Source of the DNA: Phyllobates terribilis
Taxonomy: Eukaryota
Length of the DNA: 64,000 nt
Assembly (NCBI RefSeq): GCF_046119375.1
Contig: NW_027362772.1
Coordinates: 320,230,001-320,294,000, forward strand
Direction: 5' to 3'
The notes under the pieces were generated by a model, which worked only from the letters and a program-made list of their open reading frames with translations, did no database searches and was not told the DNA's origin. How positions within the stretch are numbered: the first letter of the stretch is position 1; each line of letters opens with the position of its first letter. Position numbers and translations under genes: made by a program. Positions 62,231-64,000 of this stretch are shown here, piece after piece.

Positions 62231-63308
62231 TGTAACGGGTCTGGGAGGCGGAACCTCTGAGCAACTATACAAGGGGGCGGTCCTTGTAAGGAAGCGGGTG
62301 GCTCCCAGGGAAGACAGGCAAGTAATCACGGCAAGTGACAGGGACAGTCTCTGGGTAGAAGGGCAGGTAGTCACGGCAAGTGACAGGGACAGTCTCTGGG
62401 TAGAAGGGCAGGTAGTCACGGCAAGTGACAGGGACAGTCTCTGGGTAGAAGGGCAGGTAGTCACGGCAAGTGACAGGGACAGTCTCTGGGTAGAAGGACG
62501 GGTACTCACGGCAAGTGACAGGGACAGTCTCTGGACAGGCAGGTGGTCACGGCTAGTGACGGCAGAGCCTCCAGGTAGGCTAGCAGGCAGGTAGCAGGTG
62601 AGCGCTCCTAGGCGAGCAGGCGAGAGTCTCTGGACAGGCAGGTGGTCACAGCAAGTGACGGCGGAGCCTCCAGGTAGGCTAGCAGGCAGGTAGCAGATGA
62701 GCGCTCCCAGGTGAGCAGACAGGAGTCTCTGGACAGGCAGGTGGTCACTGCAAGTGACGGTGGAGCCTCCAGGTAGGCTAGCAGGCAGGTAGCAGACGAG
62801 CGCTCCCAGGTGAGCGGGCAGGCTGGTCCATAGACAGACTGACAGGTGTCGGAAGGCAGACCGTCGGACCGCAGGCTTGCATGCAGGTAAACGGATATCT
62901 GGCAGGTATCCAGCAGGAATCTGGCAGGTGACTGGCAGGTAACAGGCAGGAATCTGGCAGGTGAATGGCAGGTAACAGGCATGAATCTGTCAGGTGACTG
63001 GCAGGTAACTGGAAACAGGACCTGAGGGCTGAAGCAGAGTGAAGGCTTTGCAACAACATTGCTCGGGCACCTCCATTTTGGAGGAGGTGCCTTATATATG
63101 GTGAAGTCCTCCGGCCATTGGCCGGGGACTCCTTAGGACGGCGCGCGCGGCCCCTTTAAGAGAGGGGGAGCGCGCGCGCGCCCTAAGCACCGTGGCTGGG
63201 AAGCAGCGCGCGCTGACAGCAGAGCGGGAGGAAGATGCCGGGCACAGAGCGGAGAGGTCAGGGGAACAGCGTCCCTGCCTAGCAGGAGGCAGGGACGCCG
63301 ACGCTACA
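62231..63308 (-). mobile_element. 3' LTR (1,078 bp) of a Gypsy chromovirus
   Basis: The minus strand starts TGTAGCG (63308) right after PPT-TAC and ends CGTTACA (62231), an inverted terminal match of 6/7. TATATAAG at 63091-63098 is followed by a 9-bp hairpin GGCACCTCC/GGAGGTGCC (63066-63091). Confidence 0.88.
62327..63010. repeat. LTR-internal tandem repeats: 45 bp x ~4.5, 99 bp x ~3, 33 bp x ~3
   Basis: CACGGCAAGTGACAGGGACAGTCTCTGGGTAGAAGGGCAGGTAGT from 62327; GGACAGGCAGGTGGTCAC recurs at 62533, 62632 and 62731; GCAGGAATCTGGCAGGTGACTGGCAGGTAACAG from about 62913. Confidence 0.92.
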
Positions 63309-64000
63309 GTACCCCCCCCCTTTAGGCCCCCCCTTTTTTAGGCCAGAGAGAAATTTATCAAGGATGAGAGGGGCATGGATGTTCTCCCGGGGCTCCCACG
63401 TTCTCTCCTCAGGACCAAACCCCTTCCAATCTACCAGAAAAAAGGTTTTTCCTCTTACCCTTTTGGTGGCCAGAATGTTCTCTACCTCAAACTCGTTCTC
63501 AGCGGAAACCGGAGCAGGAGGCGTACCTGTAGACTTGGAAAAAGAGTTAAGTACCACGGGTTTGAGGAGAGATACATGGAAGGAGTTAGGGATCCGTAAG
63601 TTGGCCGGGAGTTTTAATTTATAGGCCACCGGGTTGATCTGTTTGATAACTTCCAGTGGGCCGATGAACCGAGGCCCTAACTTGTAGGAGGGAATCTTGA
63701 GCCAGACTTTATCTCCAGGACGGAATTGTGGAGGATCCAGGCTTTTCTTGTCAGCGTGTTTTTTCATCCGTTCGGACGACTGAAGGAGTGCGGATCGGGT
63801 ACTCTCCCAAATGGAGGAGAATTCGCGAACGAGAGATTCCGCAGCCGGATTGTCCACCGAGGTGGAGACGGGAAATGGGATCCGAGGATGCTGACCGAAG
63901 ACTACAAAAAACGGGGATTTGGAGGAAGATTCGCTCTCGTGATTATTGTAAGAGAACTCGGCCCATGGTAGGAGATCCACCCAGTCCGAATGGTGGGCAT
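63279..64000 (-). CDS. pol: Gypsy chromovirus pol, partial: integrase C-terminus, GPY/F motif and chromodomain; frame open to the window edge
   Basis: AHHSDWVDLLPWAEFSYNN...SPFFVVFGQHP...FRPGDKVWL...KLGPRFIGP...INPVAYKLKLP...FHVSLLKP...EFEVENIL...FLVDWKGFGPEERTWEPRENIHAP. No stops; the frame ends inside the LTR. Confidence 0.92.
   Translation of the reverse strand, partial: AHHSDWVDLLPWAEFSYNNHESESSSKSPFFVVFGQHPRIPFPVSTSVDNPAAESLVREFSSIWESTRSALLQSSERMKKHADKKSLDPPQFRPGDKVWLKIPSYKLGPRFIGPLEVIKQINPVAYKLKLPANLRIPNSFHVSLLKPVVLNSFSKSTGTPPAPVSAENEFEVENILATKRVRGKTFFLVDWKGFGPEERTWEPRENIHAPLILDKFLSGLKKGGPKGGGYCSVGVPASC
63312..63323 (-). other. Polypurine tract of the Gypsy element
   Basis: Minus-strand AAAGGGGGGGGG, 3 nt before the LTR TG. 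Confidence 0.85.

Overview
Repeat-saturated, gene-free eukaryotic DNA. The TE complement (CR1 with esterase ORF1, chromoviral Gypsy, hAT and piggyBac-type non-autonomous elements) suggests a non-mammalian vertebrate, most likely a frog; this is inference. Bases 1-43,755 are a GC-rich (30/45) 45-bp tandem satellite of about 970 units with nested higher-order duplications up to 6,761 bp, and all ORFs there are artefacts of the 15-codon period. Bases ~44,300-51,060 are a 40/44-bp minisatellite in which a 466-bp Penelope-like (PLE) pseudo-LTR fragment recurs four times at an exact 1,465-bp period. Each copy carries, on the minus strand, a TATA box, a foldable minimal type I hammerhead ribozyme (AUACAU-CUGAAGA-A-GGCU/AGCC-GAAAC-GC-GUU-GUGUAU) and an AATAAA. 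This composite ribozyme macrosatellite is the most interesting feature. The remainder holds a G-run minisatellite (52.2-55.9 kb), hAT-type ends, a 100-N gap and a nested TE pile. The pile comprises a degraded chromovirus whose 3' LTR begins in a tRNA-like A-box/B-box module, a CR1 remnant split at TTAA by a piggyBac-like element with a fold-back rearrangement, and a younger chromovirus 3' end (integrase-chromodomain, PPT, 1,078-bp LTR). All counts and alignments were done by eye; no database searches were run.
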